Part shown: positions 22,801 through 36,234 of the stretch, piece after piece
How the letters are laid out: each line of letters begins with the position of its first letter
Position numbering within the stretch: position 1 is the stretch's first letter
From: Eukaryota sp. TZLM1-RC
Lineage: Eukaryota; Protista; Metamonada: BaSk clade
Assembly (NCBI GenBank): GCA_040285825.1
Contig: JAUPSS010000006.1
Coordinates: 310,001 to 374,000 of the forward strand
Direction: 5' to 3'
DNA length: 64,000 nt
The notes under the pieces: generated by a model
What the model was told of the DNA's origin: nothing
The model's database searches: none
The model's input: the letters and a program-made list of their open reading frames with translations, nothing else
Translations under genes and position numbers: made by a program

Positions 22801-25800
22801 TTTCCTGGGGTAATTAATTCAATAGCAATGTCTCCATCAATTACTTTTTCAATTTTTCAATTTGCCATTCTCCATCAAAATAGTGGAAATTATTCTTCAA
22901 GTAAAAACCATTTCTTTCAGGTAATCCAAAGACGTGATGCTGACGTAAGAATTCTCTCAATTCTGGCCATCTATCTGATATTACTACATCCTTCAACATT
23001 TCAACAGGAACTTCTTGTTGTTCTTTTTAATGTTTGATATTTCCTCTCCAAAAAGTCTAGACAAACTAATTTCAATAATACAATAATTAATTTATCAAAT
23101 AACTGTAAATGATGCAAATGGTCAAATAGAGGCTACAATTCTAGTTGAGAACCCCTAATCACTGTTTTCTATTTTTCCACAAAGAAAACACCGACGCATT
23201 ACAACAGCTTGTGTATAAAAATTGGCTTCAATAGGGAATATGAGAACCATTCATTCGAAAATAGAATTAGTAAATTTCAAATAGTAAACCAAAACTGAAA
23301 GATTATGTTTGGTAGACGCGCGATCCGATTACAATCAATTTCTTGTTGGTACAAAAGAATTATGTCAAAACTTTGTTTTTATCATATGCCAAAAAGCACA
23401 ATTCTTTGTCAGATGCTTTTGGTGAGTTACATCATAATGATAATCATACATTTAACTTCATATTCAGAAGTGCTTTGATGGACTCAATTGAATTTCTCTT
23501 TTATTTAGAAAATTTAATGTATTTTCAAAAATGGTGTTTGAAACATTAGAATTTATTAAGATAAAAAAAGATCTTGATACCCCAAAGCAGTCAAAAAGAA
23601 ACAACTATTTTTGAAAATACAATCAAGAACTCAATATCTGCCAAAAAAGGAAGCGTCCACACCATCAAACCGTACAACAGCAATGTCTTTGTAATGTGCA
23701 TTGAAGCACATCAAAGCTTTTGAAATCATTTTAGGAATTGTTTAGAAAATAGTAAAATCACTACGATTTAACCACTAATGATGATCAAAACGCTTATTCA
23801 CTCTGTGTTTTTGAAATTTGCAAAATCATCAATAAAATTCATGGCAGTTTTTCCAGGACGTCCATACAAAGATATAGCATATGAAAGAGTTTCAATTTCC
23901 TGTTGCAATGAAATAAGATAAGAGCTGCCACAATTTTCAATGAGATGAATTTTTTCAGGAAAACGATTCACAAATTCATAAATAAAATTCTTTCCACCTC
24001 CAATAAAGGCAGCTTCACAAAGGTAGCTTGATTTATGAAAATCAACACCAACAAAATTTGTGCCACAAAAAATGTGGCTTCGTAACTGAGATGCATCAAT
24101 TTCCAATAATTTTGCTAAAAAATTGGTTCTTTGTTCATTAAAAATGCGACAAAACTCCAAAGAAATTGATGGCGATGTTGATCTCAAACTATGAGTAAAT
24201 TTTCCAGAATAACAGATTTTTAGGAAAAAGAATTTCAAATGTTTCTCAATATTTAAATTTCTATTGATTCTAATTCATTTCCAAATTGAGTCAACAGAGT
24301 CGAAAGTTGGCTTTTGACTTCATCAATATTTCCGAGATAACAACCCAAAAAACGAAAACCAGACTGATCATAATTGATAAAGGGGACATTGACATCATTA
24401 ATGAAAAAATCAATTGGTTCATGGCCAATAATCAAACATTTGGAGATATTCAATGAGAGACCAATATCTTCATAACGCTGTTGAAAAAAAAATGCTATTT
24501 GTTTCAGAATTTCAATAGGAACAATTACAGAAATGTCATCCATATATGCTACAATATCTATTTCTGGGAATTTTTCTTTCAATTCGCACATTAATGGATG
24601 AATTGCCAGACATAAGAAAAAAGAACCAAGTGGATCACCTTGTTTAACACTTGAAGGCGCAACATTGGACAATCCGCCTTGAATTTGATCAATGATTTTG
24701 ATAATTTATGTCGTTCAAGTGGTAAGAATTTTGCATGGATTTTATGGAAGAATTGTATTATTTTCGCTTTGTACAGAAGTGTGTTCAAGTACTTGAGTTT
24801 AATGATGTCCAAACTTTATAAGGATTCATCAAGAGTTGGCGTGGAGAATTTTGTTTCTTATGTGTTTCTTATGTGGAAAGACGTACACTATATATTTGTA
24901 TGTACGACATATCCAACAAACCATTTTGCATTTCTGAGCTGCTCTCTTTCTACATGAAGCTCTGAATTTGAGTCACGAATTTTATTTCTTGCTTTTATTT
25001 CGTTGATGCTAGACGAACTATCACAAAAAGCAAATATGCCAATCAACCGGTAAACCCAAATGCTGAGGTCTACGAATATAAAGGTTGTAGATTGTTTCTT
25101 GTGTCTAAAAGGTTTATCGAGATACATGAATAAGTCTTTATTTGCTACAATGGCCCTGGAATAATAATGGTTCTTTCTACTTTAGTCATCACATAATTAA
25201 ACCTTGAGTTAATAATTTTACCACCTCTTCTTTGGATAATGAAGAACAGTTATATCCTTTGTTGTGTTCTCTTATCTTTTTGTTCTTCTTCCATTCGTCG
25301 ATGAACTAATACTTTTGGCAACCAATTATTTGAATTTCCTGGGGTAATTAATTCAATAGCAATGTCTCCATCAATTACTTTTTCAATTTTTTCAATTTGC
25401 CATTCTCCATCAAAATAGTGGAAATTATTCTTCAAGTAAAAACCATTTCTTTCAGGTAATCCAAAGACGTGATGCTGACGTAAGAATTCTCTCAATTCTG
25501 GCCATCTATCTGATATTACTACATCCTTCAACATTTCAACAGGAACTTCTTGTTGTTCTTTTAATGTTTGATATTTCCTCTCCAAAAAGTCTAGACAAAC
25601 TAATTTCAATAATACAATAATTAATTTATCAAATAACTGTAAATGATGCAAATGGTCAAATAGAGGCTACAATTCTAGTTGAGAACCCCTAATCACTGTT
25701 TTCTATTTTTCCACAAAGAAAACACCGACGCATTACAACAGCTTGTGTATAAAAATTGGCTTCAATAGGGAATATGAGAACCATTCATTCGAAAATAGAA

Positions 25801-26613
25801 TTAGTAAATTTCAAATAGTAAACCAAAACTGAAAGATTATGTTTGGTAGACGCGCGATCCGATTACAATCAATTTCTTGTTGGTACAAAAGAATTATGTC
25901 AAAACTTTGTTTTATCATATGCCAAAAAGCACAATTCTTTGTCAGATGCTTTTGGTGAGTTACATCATAATGATAATCATACATTTAACTTCATATTCAG
26001 AAGTGCTTTGATGGACTCAATTGAATTTCTCTTTTATTTAGAAAATTTAATGTATTTTCAAAAATGGTGTTTGAAACATTAGAATTTATTAAGATAAAAA
26101 AAGATCTTGATACCCCAAAGCAGTCAAAAAGAAACAACTATTTTTGAAAATACAATCAAGAACTCAATATCTGCCAAAAAAGGAAGCGTCCACACCATCA
26201 AACCGTACAACAGCAATGTCTTTGTAATGTGCATTGAAGCACATCAAAGCTTTTGAAATCATTTTAGGAATTGTTTAGAAAATAGTAAAATCACTACGAT
26301 TTAACCACTAATGATGATCAAAACGCTTATTCACTCTGTGTTTTTGAAATTTGCAAAATCATCAATAAAATTCATGGCAGTTTTTCCAGGACGTCCATAC
26401 AAAGATATAGCATATGAAAGAGTTTCAATTTCCTGTTGCAATGAAATAAGATAAGAGCTGCCACAATTTTCAATGAGATGAATTTTTTCAGGAAAACGAT
26501 TCACAAATTCATAAATAAAATTCTTTCCACCTCCAATAAAGGCAGCTTCACAAAGGTAGCTTGATTTATGAAAATCAACACCAACAAAATTTGTACCACA
26601 AAAAATGTGGCTT
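19886..26613. repeat. Tandem triplication of a ~2.54-kb mosaic unit (starts 19886, 22427, 24961; third unit partial)
   Basis: Units begin TCTGAATTTGAGTCACG. Identical ORFs repeat, and differences are mostly homopolymer lengths. Confidence 0.95.
23450..24660 (-). mobile_element. CRE-like RT C-terminal half plus RLE-region remnants inside the tandem unit (also ~20920-22125 and partial ~25990-26613)
   Basis: SSVKQGDPLG..CLAIHP..IVAYMDDISV..GLSLNISKC..FRFLG, then LKICYSGKFTHSLRS, and YGRPGKTAMNFIDDF. Confidence 0.85.
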
Positions 26614-27768
26614 TCCACATTTTTCTAGAAAATGCATTCTTCTAACTGAAATTAAATTAAGACCAACTTCAGCAAAATCAGAAATTAATAAAATTGAAAT
26701 CAAGTCGCCACAGTTGTTTTCTAAAGAATTAAAGATTGATAGAATTTCATTTCTTTGTTCACTATCAGTATCTCCAGTTAATAGATGAAATCTTTTTGGA
26801 ATAAATTGATGAGTGGTTTCTGATTGATGGTCAGATTTCTTTTTGTGACAAATATTACAGATTGTACTGTTTGATGGAAATTCTCCATAAAGTATTAATC
26901 CGGCCGCCTCCAAACATCTCTTATAAATGTAGACCCCTCTATTCAATAATCTGGAATAAGCTGTTTGTTTTTCTTGTGGATGTTTCAACATTTCGATCAA
27001 ATATTCTTCAGCAATTGGAGCATTCTTTTCAATCCATTCCATATCAATATTGTCAGTCTTTCCATAAAAATCAACATAAATGGCTTCAATATCTATAACA
27101 TCATTTTTAATGGATAACCAATGTTCGTCACTAATTTGACATTTAGTTACCTTTAAAATTTCTCCTTCGCCGTGATAAATAATTTCAGGCAATTGATTAG
27201 ATGGAGCCATTTTATGGTGGATGAAATGAAATTCTCTTATTTTGTCTTCATTATCTGTTTCTTCTTTAAGTCTAGTAATCTGATGTCCTAATAATTCAAA
27301 GGTTTCAAAATAGTCCTCAATTTTTATATTATTTTCTCTTTGAATGTTGAATAAATAAATGAATTCAGAAGGCATTGCATTAAATTGAGTGGCTGTTAAA
27401 AATAATCTCAAAGGTTCTTCTCCCTCTTTAGAAGTCTATTCAATTGCCCTTTGAATGGAGGCTCCATAAGTATTTAGTCCGTGTCTGTTGTAAAGAGAAT
27501 GACTTTCATCCACTACTATTAATCCTGAGGCCAACTCATTTTTAGCAATAGTATTAATAAAAGTTTCTGGATTAAATATTTTTTCGACAGTAATATTTTC
27601 ATCAATAAAAAAGTAACGAGGAATTGATTGAGCGGTCTTGAAAATAATGTCATCTATATTTGAGGAATATTCAGGACGAGATAATTCTTGAATAAAATTC
27701 TCTTTTGAAGACCAATTCGATACTACTATTGGTCTAATGTAACGAGATAAGGCATCATCAATAATCTG
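26614..27768 (-). pseudogene. SF2 helicase fragment of NCLDV D6/D11 (VETF-s/NPH-I) type
   Basis: GLIVV/DESH (frameshifted motif II, ~27500-27530), RLFLTAT..N.PSE (motif III), LLTGD..RNEILSIFNSLENNCGDLISILLIS..EVGLNLISVRRMHFLE. Confidence 0.7.
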
Positions 27769-27769
27769 G

Positions 27770-28754
27770 AAGAAAATGGTGAAATTGAGGTCAGAAAGAG
27801 GAATTCCTCAGTATTGAAATTTACTTAGAGGTTGTAGTATTGTTTTTCCCTGATATGGGTCAATGGGGTGAAAGGGCAGGATGGGTTCACTTTAAGTGTA
27901 ATAAATCACCCTATTTGTCTAAAACGAAACTAGTAGTGTATGTCAAATAGAATTAGCACATTTATTGATGATATGAATACTCGTATGATCAACAAATAAA
28001 CGGAATTTTTATGATAATTTCAAACTGAAACATATGCTGCTACAATATATATGGTAACATATATATAGTATGTAACTATAGTAGTTGGAAAATTGAAAAA
28101 GTTTCTCCGCATCTTCTATAAGTTCAGTTGGACAGAGAGTTGAAACAAGTAAAAGGCGAATAGATTCTGCAATTTCTATATCAATTTTCTTTAATATACT
28201 CTTTTCATAATTGTTCTGATCTTCCTTCAATTTTTTTCATTTTTTACCAATAAATTGGATAATTTCGTATATTCCTAATTACATATCACATTTAATCACT
28301 TCCAATGGTGTCTCAATGGTGTATACACCCATTTTAAAGACATTGGATGTATTGTGGTTTCTCGACTAGTGTTTAAAAAAATAAAACAAATCAAAAACAA
28401 ATATTTATTTAAAGAACCAATACAAGGAGTAAATGAATAAAAACACATTCAAAACATTGTGTATAATTCTAGCATCATGAGTGATACAGATAAAGTATGT
28501 TGTCATAATGGATTAACCATAGAAGTGAGAGAGTGGTGCAACAGAGAGTGCTCAATTGGAGAGTGCTGTTGGAGACTCAAATCCAACCCAACAAGAAGGC
28601 TCCAAGTCGAGCTCTGATGATAGTTCTGTATGTAATCCTATCAAGCTAACCTCAGTCCGAAAGTGACTCTAGCGCTGAACAAGTTATTTCTTCACCAGTG
28701 TCCACTAGAGACGAGCTATTGAGAAAAAGTCTCAGTAGCTTGATCAACCATTTT
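27770..28754. repeat. Inverted duplicate of ~42652-44297 (this copy lacks ~370 bp and ~285 bp internal segments)
   Basis: Shared translations MKEDQ..KKIDIEIAESIR and STRDELLRKSLSSLINHF on opposite strands. Confidence 0.9.
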
Positions 28755-29419
28755 GAAACCCTGGAAAGCTCTAAGACCGTCTCCGTTGGCTACAGGAAAA
28801 TCCCTTATATCGCAAGCAGCATAATTTCCCTGAGGATGATGATGAGGATCTTTAGTCTAGTCTTGTCTTGTTTTGTAATAAATTTTGATATTATACATTT
28901 TTATTTCATTTAATTGATTTTTCATTTAATTGTGGTTGTAGTAAACACCAAAGTAGTCTGATGAATTCCAAAATTGCCAGCATTTACCAAAATGCCTCTT
29001 CGACAATCCATTGCTGCTCAATACATCCTTGCACATCTTGTCAGTGTGAAGAACAATATCAATTGATTAATTCAATAGTTTTGAAAAAACTTAAAACCAA
29101 TATCAGTCAGAATTTGTCTGAATTCTTTAATCTAATTTGTACCACTGTAGAATATTCACCATACTGTTTGCAAATAGAATGATCAATTTGTTTTTATCAA
29201 ATCAGCTCAATTCAATTGATTGAGCTCAGAATTGAACGTTTTGACAAAAGATGGGTTTTTAACTGTGTTGACAATGAACAAAAATAATTTAAGACATATA
29301 AATGATCTTCTGTACAAAAAACCATCAGAAAAAGGAGAGCTGATGTATTGAGCACACCTTTACAACGTGTAAAATCACTTTTTAATGAGAATCCGTTGAC
29401 TCAATAAATAAACCCTTCA

Positions 29420-29492
29420 ATGACACCATCAAATGTCAAAACACAATTTACTCTCAGAATTTTACATTTTGATATTGAAACTTTGGTGTTGG
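29420..29492 (+). pseudogene. Short fragment with family-B DNA polymerase ExoI-like motif
   Basis: TLRILHFDIET; single motif only. Confidence 0.35.
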
Positions 29493-30354
29493 GTAAAAAG
29501 CTCAGCCTCTGCGGCCACTACTCCATCTGGAACCCCAAGGTACATGAAGCTGTTTCAAATGAATACGAACAGATTGACTATATCAGACCAGTTGTATGTT
29601 GTTCTCTTTATATGATCACAGATCAGAATCCGCAATTTCAGATGTTGCCGTGGGAAACGCCCCGGTGACACTGAATGGCAGATCAGCACTTCAGGATTAT
29701 CACAGTGGTGTATTATCTCCCGGAATGAAGAAACTGCCAGTGATATATATTCAGTTGGACTGTCATTGAGAGAATTGGACACCTCAGCCTGAACATAACA
29801 ATAACAGCAGGCTCGTTCAACCTTCTGCCAAAAAATCCATCTCAACCACAGTCCCATCTCAACCACAATCTAATGTTAATTCTCAATTAATTGGTTTGTT
29901 TTAATATAATTTAATCACAGAAATTCTCAAAAATCAGAATGAAATCCTGAACGATCTCACTGCTACCATTAAGGAGATGCATGCCAGCCTTGTCGAAGTG
30001 CATGTTTTAATAAAAAATTGAGCTCAACGAACAAAATCTGAGAACACCTCAAGCTACTCAAAAATGGGAGAGTCCTCCAAAACTCAAGTTGCCTAGACTA
30101 CCAAAGAACACAAACATTCTGCCTCCTCCAGTGAAAAGAGTTCATTTCACAACAATTCTTTGGCTACAATGATTCGGGACGTTATTGGTTTGCCATTAAA
30201 TCCCATTTAACCAACCGTTTTGTGATGAATGATCATACATCCAAGATTTCTGAGGAAAAATCATTAGCTCTATGAACTGGGGTTGTATTCTCATACTTAA
30301 TCTGGCTTTACTTTCCTTCATTATTAATTGTTGTAGTACATAAAGAAAATAGAA

Positions 30355-31340
30355 ATGAATTAATTTTGTTGAGGTAAAAAAAGAAATTCTCAAATTAATT
30401 CAGAAATAAAATTGTTGTAAGTATTAAACCTACAAATATCCAAAAACATGTAGACTATACAGACACACGTAATCAGATCTTTCTTGACCGTAATCAACTT
30501 CAAACAGTTGAAAACTGAATGATTTGTGATTACTCAGTCGTTTATGTATTTATGATTAGAGACTCAAAATAAAGAGAATTACTCTCAATATTTGGTAGAG
30601 ACTCTGAATGAGGAATAAATAAATTGAAATATAGATAAATAATGAACAATGAAATTCCAAAGAAATAAATGTTGGGAAATTGGTCTTGGATATAAGTAAA
30701 TCAATAAATAAAATTAAAGAATAATTTGAATTGAAATTGAAAATCCAAGGTTGAATGATTAGTATTGATAAATGGACCAAACTAATTGATGGAGCAAACA
30801 TTACATAAAAAAATTGACTGAAACAAACAATTTGTAAAAACATTCAATCAATTAGAATACTTTTGTGGGAAGAAATTACTCAACAAAATCAAATATCAAA
30901 AAAAAGCCGACAGATGAACCGACGTAAACAAGGTTAGGTCGGCCGACTTACCTGCTTGTGTTCAAGTCCCACTGTGTATCTTTTAATCTAAGTCGCATAT
31001 TGATTGAAAAACCGTCAGCGAGCAGACGACAGAAAGTGGAAGCACTCCCACCCACAAGAAACAGAAACAAGAAGAGAAAGAGTGACGGTGACCAAGAAAC
31101 GGAATGAGACTTCCAATGAGGAAATCTGGATGAAAGCTTTTGAAGGCAGAGTTCTGAGTAAGGGGAAGATGTAGCAATTTGAAAAGATAAGCGACGCAAT
31201 GGTGAGGATCATCATGAAGGTGCAAAGAAAAAAGTTGATGCCAGAGAACATTAGCGTCTACTGTCAGTAGTAGACAACGGGAAGCGCTAAGTGTGCCCAG
31301 AACTAAAATCCTCAATAGCGAAAGCGATACAATACCCTGT
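30355..31340. repeat. Core repeat copy 3 (30355-30605) plus linked tRNA-like and purine-rich modules
   Basis: Core, then GTCGGCCGAC palindrome with GTTCAAGTCCCAC (~30938-30972), then GGGAAGCGCTAAGTGTGCCC motif (~31280). Confidence 0.8.
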
Positions 31341-32097
31341 TGTATCATTGACATTGTAGAATGGAATAATCAGGCTGAATCTCCTCAAACTGGAGGTGTG
31401 CTCAAGGCATTGAAACGTAGAAGAGGAGATGAGTAGTTTTGTTCTTGTAGGTGTTTTTTAGTCTTTAATATTTTTGTTTTTAATAAATGAATGTTGTTTG
31501 TTGAATTGTATTGTTTTTGTAATTATTAATTGTTGTTAAAGAATATAGATAATTTGTTCATTGTTTTTTACTAGGTAATTGTGAGAATAAAATGTCAAAT
31601 TTGATCCCACATATTATAAAGTGGTCTCAAAATGTGGACTTTTGGAGGGTAAAGTTGATGCTAGTGAATGAATTCATTATTTTGCTACAAATATAATAGA
31701 ATTGAATCACAAACACTGGAACCCTTCAATTACTGGTCGATTTGTTGTTGATAATTATAGTATTTACATTAATTCTCATGAACCACGCTTACTAAAAACA
31801 GTTTCTCAAATTTTATTAGGGGGAAATTAAAAGTGACCTTGATCCTCAGTATATTGTTTCCTTCCTTTCTTTCAACTTCATCAATGCATTGTCAATTTGT
31901 GTAATTTACATCTCTAATCTCTGAATTGCTGTCTTTGTTGCAGAACAAAGCCTTGGTAGAGCTGGTAGTTTTCTAAATAGGATATTTTAAATAGGATTAG
32001 GAGAGGCCTAATTCATGGTTAAGGCCTAATCGATCTCAACAGGAATTGAATGCAGTGAAAGCAAACAATCACCTCCTATCGAGTGTAGTATCAATTT

Positions 32098-32586
32098 TTG
32101 GTATCCCACTGTTAATTCATAGTGACAATGGTATTGAATTTGCAAATGCCATTTTTTAAAGCGTTATGCGATTTATCAAATATTGAAGTAAGTCGTTCTC
32201 TAACTGGCTTTTCACAAAGCAACGGTTTAGTAGAAAGACGTCACAGAAACATTTTACAAAGTCTAAGAAAGATTTTGGTGGACTCTGGCGATTATAACAA
32301 TTGGAGTGAATATATCCCAATTGTACAACTTCAAATCAATTCGCCTATTAGTAGAGTTACTGGTCATTCGCCCTACAATTTAATGTTTGGTAACGACCAC
32401 AGCCCTAGAGCTGATCCTAGTAATATGTTTGAACTAATAAAATCAGCTAATGTTAATATTCCCTTTGTTAAAGATCTTGAAGCAAAACTTGAAAGGAATT
32501 TAAAGAAGAGAGAAGATGCAGAGCTCAGGCAAGCTCATCAACTGCCTGAAGTTAACATAGGAAACCTTTTAATAAAAATGACTTAG
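32098..32586 (+). mobile_element. Ty3/Gypsy integrase core fragment
   Basis: GIPLLIHSDNGIEF (frameshifted), SQSNGLVERRHR, TGHSPYNLMFG. Confidence 0.9.
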
Positions 32587-33169
32587 TTTTGCTGAATTCA
32601 TTTTATTGAGGTGAAAGAAGAAGCCATCAACTTAATTCAGAAATGAAGTTGTTTTAGACTTTGTGTTGGTTTGAGTTGCTTAGGACTTTGTCCTAACCTT
32701 GTGTGCCCGGCTCGTCAATTGCCATCTAGTATTCAGACGAACTAAAATTTGTCAATCCTGGACAAAAAACTTCATTCGTGCTCATTGTAGAGCTCTAGAT
32801 AAAAAGAATGTCTGTGCCAATTATCTTCTCTCTCTTTTACCAGATGAACCAATAGCACCTCTAGAAGCTAGTGAAATGACAAACGATCTCTTTTAAAGAT
32901 TTCCTGCAACTGCTTCTCTACTGTCTTTAAGTGATAGAATCACCTTTTCTTCAAAGGAAATTGGTGAGCTTTTTCGTTTTTCCTGAAGAAGACCGTATTC
33001 CTATAGATAATAGTGACAGCATGACGACAAAGTAGCAAGTAGTTTCAATAAGCACGGTATCCAAAAATCGTAATGATTTGCAGATTTGTATGTCAGCATG
33101 CAAATTGCAAATCATTGAAAACTTTTGACTACCAAAAGTGACAATAAGGGAAGAAATTCAAAAGATCGA

Positions 33170-34690
33170 CCCTGCTTTAGTCATGTCAATACATAATTAA
33201 AATTATTTAAAATGAAGAAATACAAAATAAAGAAAATAAAAATGAATTAATTTTGTTGAAGAAAAAAAAGAAATCCTCAAATTAATTCAGAAATAAAATT
33301 GTTGTAAGTATTAAACCTACAAAGATCCAAAAACATGTAGACTATACAGACACATGTAATCAGATCTTTCTTGACCGTAATCAGCTTCAAACAGTTAAAA
33401 ACTGAATGATTGATGATTACTCAGTCGTTTATGTATTTATGACTAGAGACTCAAAATAAAGAGAATTACTCTCAATATTTGGTAGAGGCTCTAAATTTAA
33501 AAAAGAATCAAGTAGTTTTGGTTACTTCAAGGTAATCATCTGTGGTAGTTGAACCACAAACAAGAACAGTTTTTAAATAACCAAGTGTGCGGAGAATTGG
33601 TCTTGAAAACCAAATAACATTAAATGGAACCATTGTGATTATAATTTCAACAACAAAACAAATATTTTGCAAGTAAAATATTTGTAATGTAAAATTGAGT
33701 CCATAAAATTAATTGTTTAGAATTAACTTCGTTGAAACAAAAAACAGTTTCTACATGAAGACAAATTTTTTTACACAATTTGATAATTAAATGCAGCAGT
33801 TTCAATAATGATTAACTTTGCTGAAGTAATAGATGAACATGATGGCTCAACACGTCGATGATAACTCCAATTTGTATCAGCTAAATAATGACAACAATCA
33901 TTATTAGTGGTGATATAATTTAGTCAAAATTTGGAGTTTTGACATGGATATCACTTCTGAAACCAAAAACTTTCAACATTCTCAAATTCAACATCAGTCG
34001 TACCCAACATTGAATTAGTTGGAAAATAATGATTAGTTGAAGCATAAACTCGAGTTTTTCTAATGTTGACATCATTGGTAACAGTAGTTTGAGATTAGAA
34101 CAATTTGAAAGTTGAACAACGAAAAAACCAGCAAAAGAAGAAAAGATCACATGTCAGCTGACAAAGACCACTGAAGCAAATTGAAAATTCAAAACTTGAA
34201 CCAAAAGAACCCAATTAGGGTTCTGGGTTCGAGTCCCATGTACTTCCAAAAAATTACCCAACCTTCCACGTGTTGAACCTTTGACATTGATTGATGAAAT
34301 GGAATAGAACAACAGCTAGGGAATGCAAAATAAAAGATATCATGTACACCAACTGGAAGGAAAGTGGAGAATGTAGAGTTGAAGAGGAGTTATTGGAGGG
34401 AAGGAAAGGATAATATTTGAGATCAGAAAGCATGGGAGGACTTAGAGTAATGTCAGTAGTTTAAAAGAAGAGAGATGATTGAAGTTTTCACAGCATCATT
34501 CACATGGGAGGATGGTGTAGAACGATAGAAACCGTTAGAAGAACAAGGTGATGTAGGGAAAGCAGATAAAGTGCAAGAACTGAACCAGAATGAGGAGAGT
34601 TGGGTTGGCAAGGTTTCAGAGGATATCTTGAAAGCATTTCTGTAATGTTTTACTGTTTCAAACAGCAAATTCCGATTGATCGGGTTGACA
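33170..34690. repeat. Core repeat copy 4 (33240-33495) within a long family member; inverted paralogue ~49690-51345, direct paralogue ~59757-60690
   Basis: Shared LLLPxMSTLExLEFMLQLIIIFQLIQC translation; B-box at 34226-34236. Confidence 0.85.
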
Positions 34691-36234
34691 AATGAAATAG
34701 AATTTCTTCCAATACAGCACGTAAACCATTTAAAATTATTCATTTGAAAATACGAATTCAATTTTAAACTTCATTTTCTCATGAAAAGTTTGTGATGTGG
34801 TGTATGCAAATCCAGTTTCCCTCATTGATTCATTGCTTATAATACTATTTGTCAATAATAAGTAGACTTAATAACCAATGACAATAAGAATTGACATCAT
34901 GTCAGATCACAGTGATATTGTTGTGAATGTGTTATATGGTGCAATATAATTATTAGTTAATTTGAAAATGTTTTAACAACATATTATTTAGAAATATAAA
35001 TTTAATTTATTCACAAAATAATTCATCAAATAGAAACATACACTTACCCACTTCCATCAATTGTCGTTGTGTTTTTAGAAACAGGCCAGTAAGGTACAGA
35101 GATGATTCATACATATGTACTACTTCCTTTGACTGTCAATAGCCACAGAATGTATCAATTCGGATGATATACTCATAAATGTAACAACAAAAACCTTAAA
35201 TGTTTGTGTATTCGACAGTTTGATAGAACATCAATTGAAATTGTTCAGGCATCCTATTACAATATCTACCTGAACTGTTCTATATCAAAATCTTTCATCA
35301 TCTAATTTGTTCTCTTTGATTTGAAATAATTTAGCTAGAGTTGAATTTTCTCAATAATTATTATTAACAAATTCATTCAAATTTTGTGTCGGTTTGCCAT
35401 CCAATCTGGGCATAATAATTGAGTCTCTAACTACTAAAAGTCTGCTCAAAATTAAGCTATCCAACAAGACTCTTCTGTCAATTTAAATAGTATTGGGCAT
35501 TCAACAATGTAGTTTATGAATTTATCCCATGTAGGAAAATGTGATTTAATGTCATCTCTCGTAAATCTGAACACATAAAATGTAACAATAACAATGAAAC
35601 TTTCTGTAATGTTTTTATTGCTTCAGTTACCAAAAAGATCAAAGAAAAGTCAACTTTTCCCTTTTTTCGTAACATAGTAAGTTCTTTTGACTTGGAATCG
35701 TAATTGCAGAAACTCTGTACATCGTTTGAAGATATATTCAAATGCTAACTTAGTTAAATAATTCTATTTTTTCTCGTAAAGGTTTGATAACAGGTGTTCG
35801 TCAGTAAAAATACCGCTTTTTTTAAGGAAGTTACATCCATAATGATGCAAGAATTCTCACATAGGAGCACAACAAGGGTCAGGTCGACGTCAGTGAGCTT
35901 GGTGGTTTATTTCTAAAGGGAATGCCAGTTTTCTAAAGACCAAAGGGCAGGCGATCTTCGTTTGGTCAGCTAGGGCTACCTTAAGGAAGTTGGGACTAGC
36001 TTGTATCCCTCTGAAGGTTCAGTTGATTAGCTAGTCTTCGTCAGTTTTGAAAAAAACCCAGAATAAAACTAGTGATACTGATTAGTTAGACTAATTACTT
36101 CCAGCGGTGTAATGCCCTTGTTTTGGGAGAGATTGATTATTTAAATGTTGATTTAAAAATTGTTTAACAAATTTTTTTTATAAAAAAGATTTCCAATTTC
36201 CAATTATTAATATTTATTAAATATTTATTAATAT

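Noticed and set aside
29555-29866. HNH nuclease suggested by HHCDNP
   Set aside because: No following N/H residues, and the opposite strand gives a better kinase-like reading.
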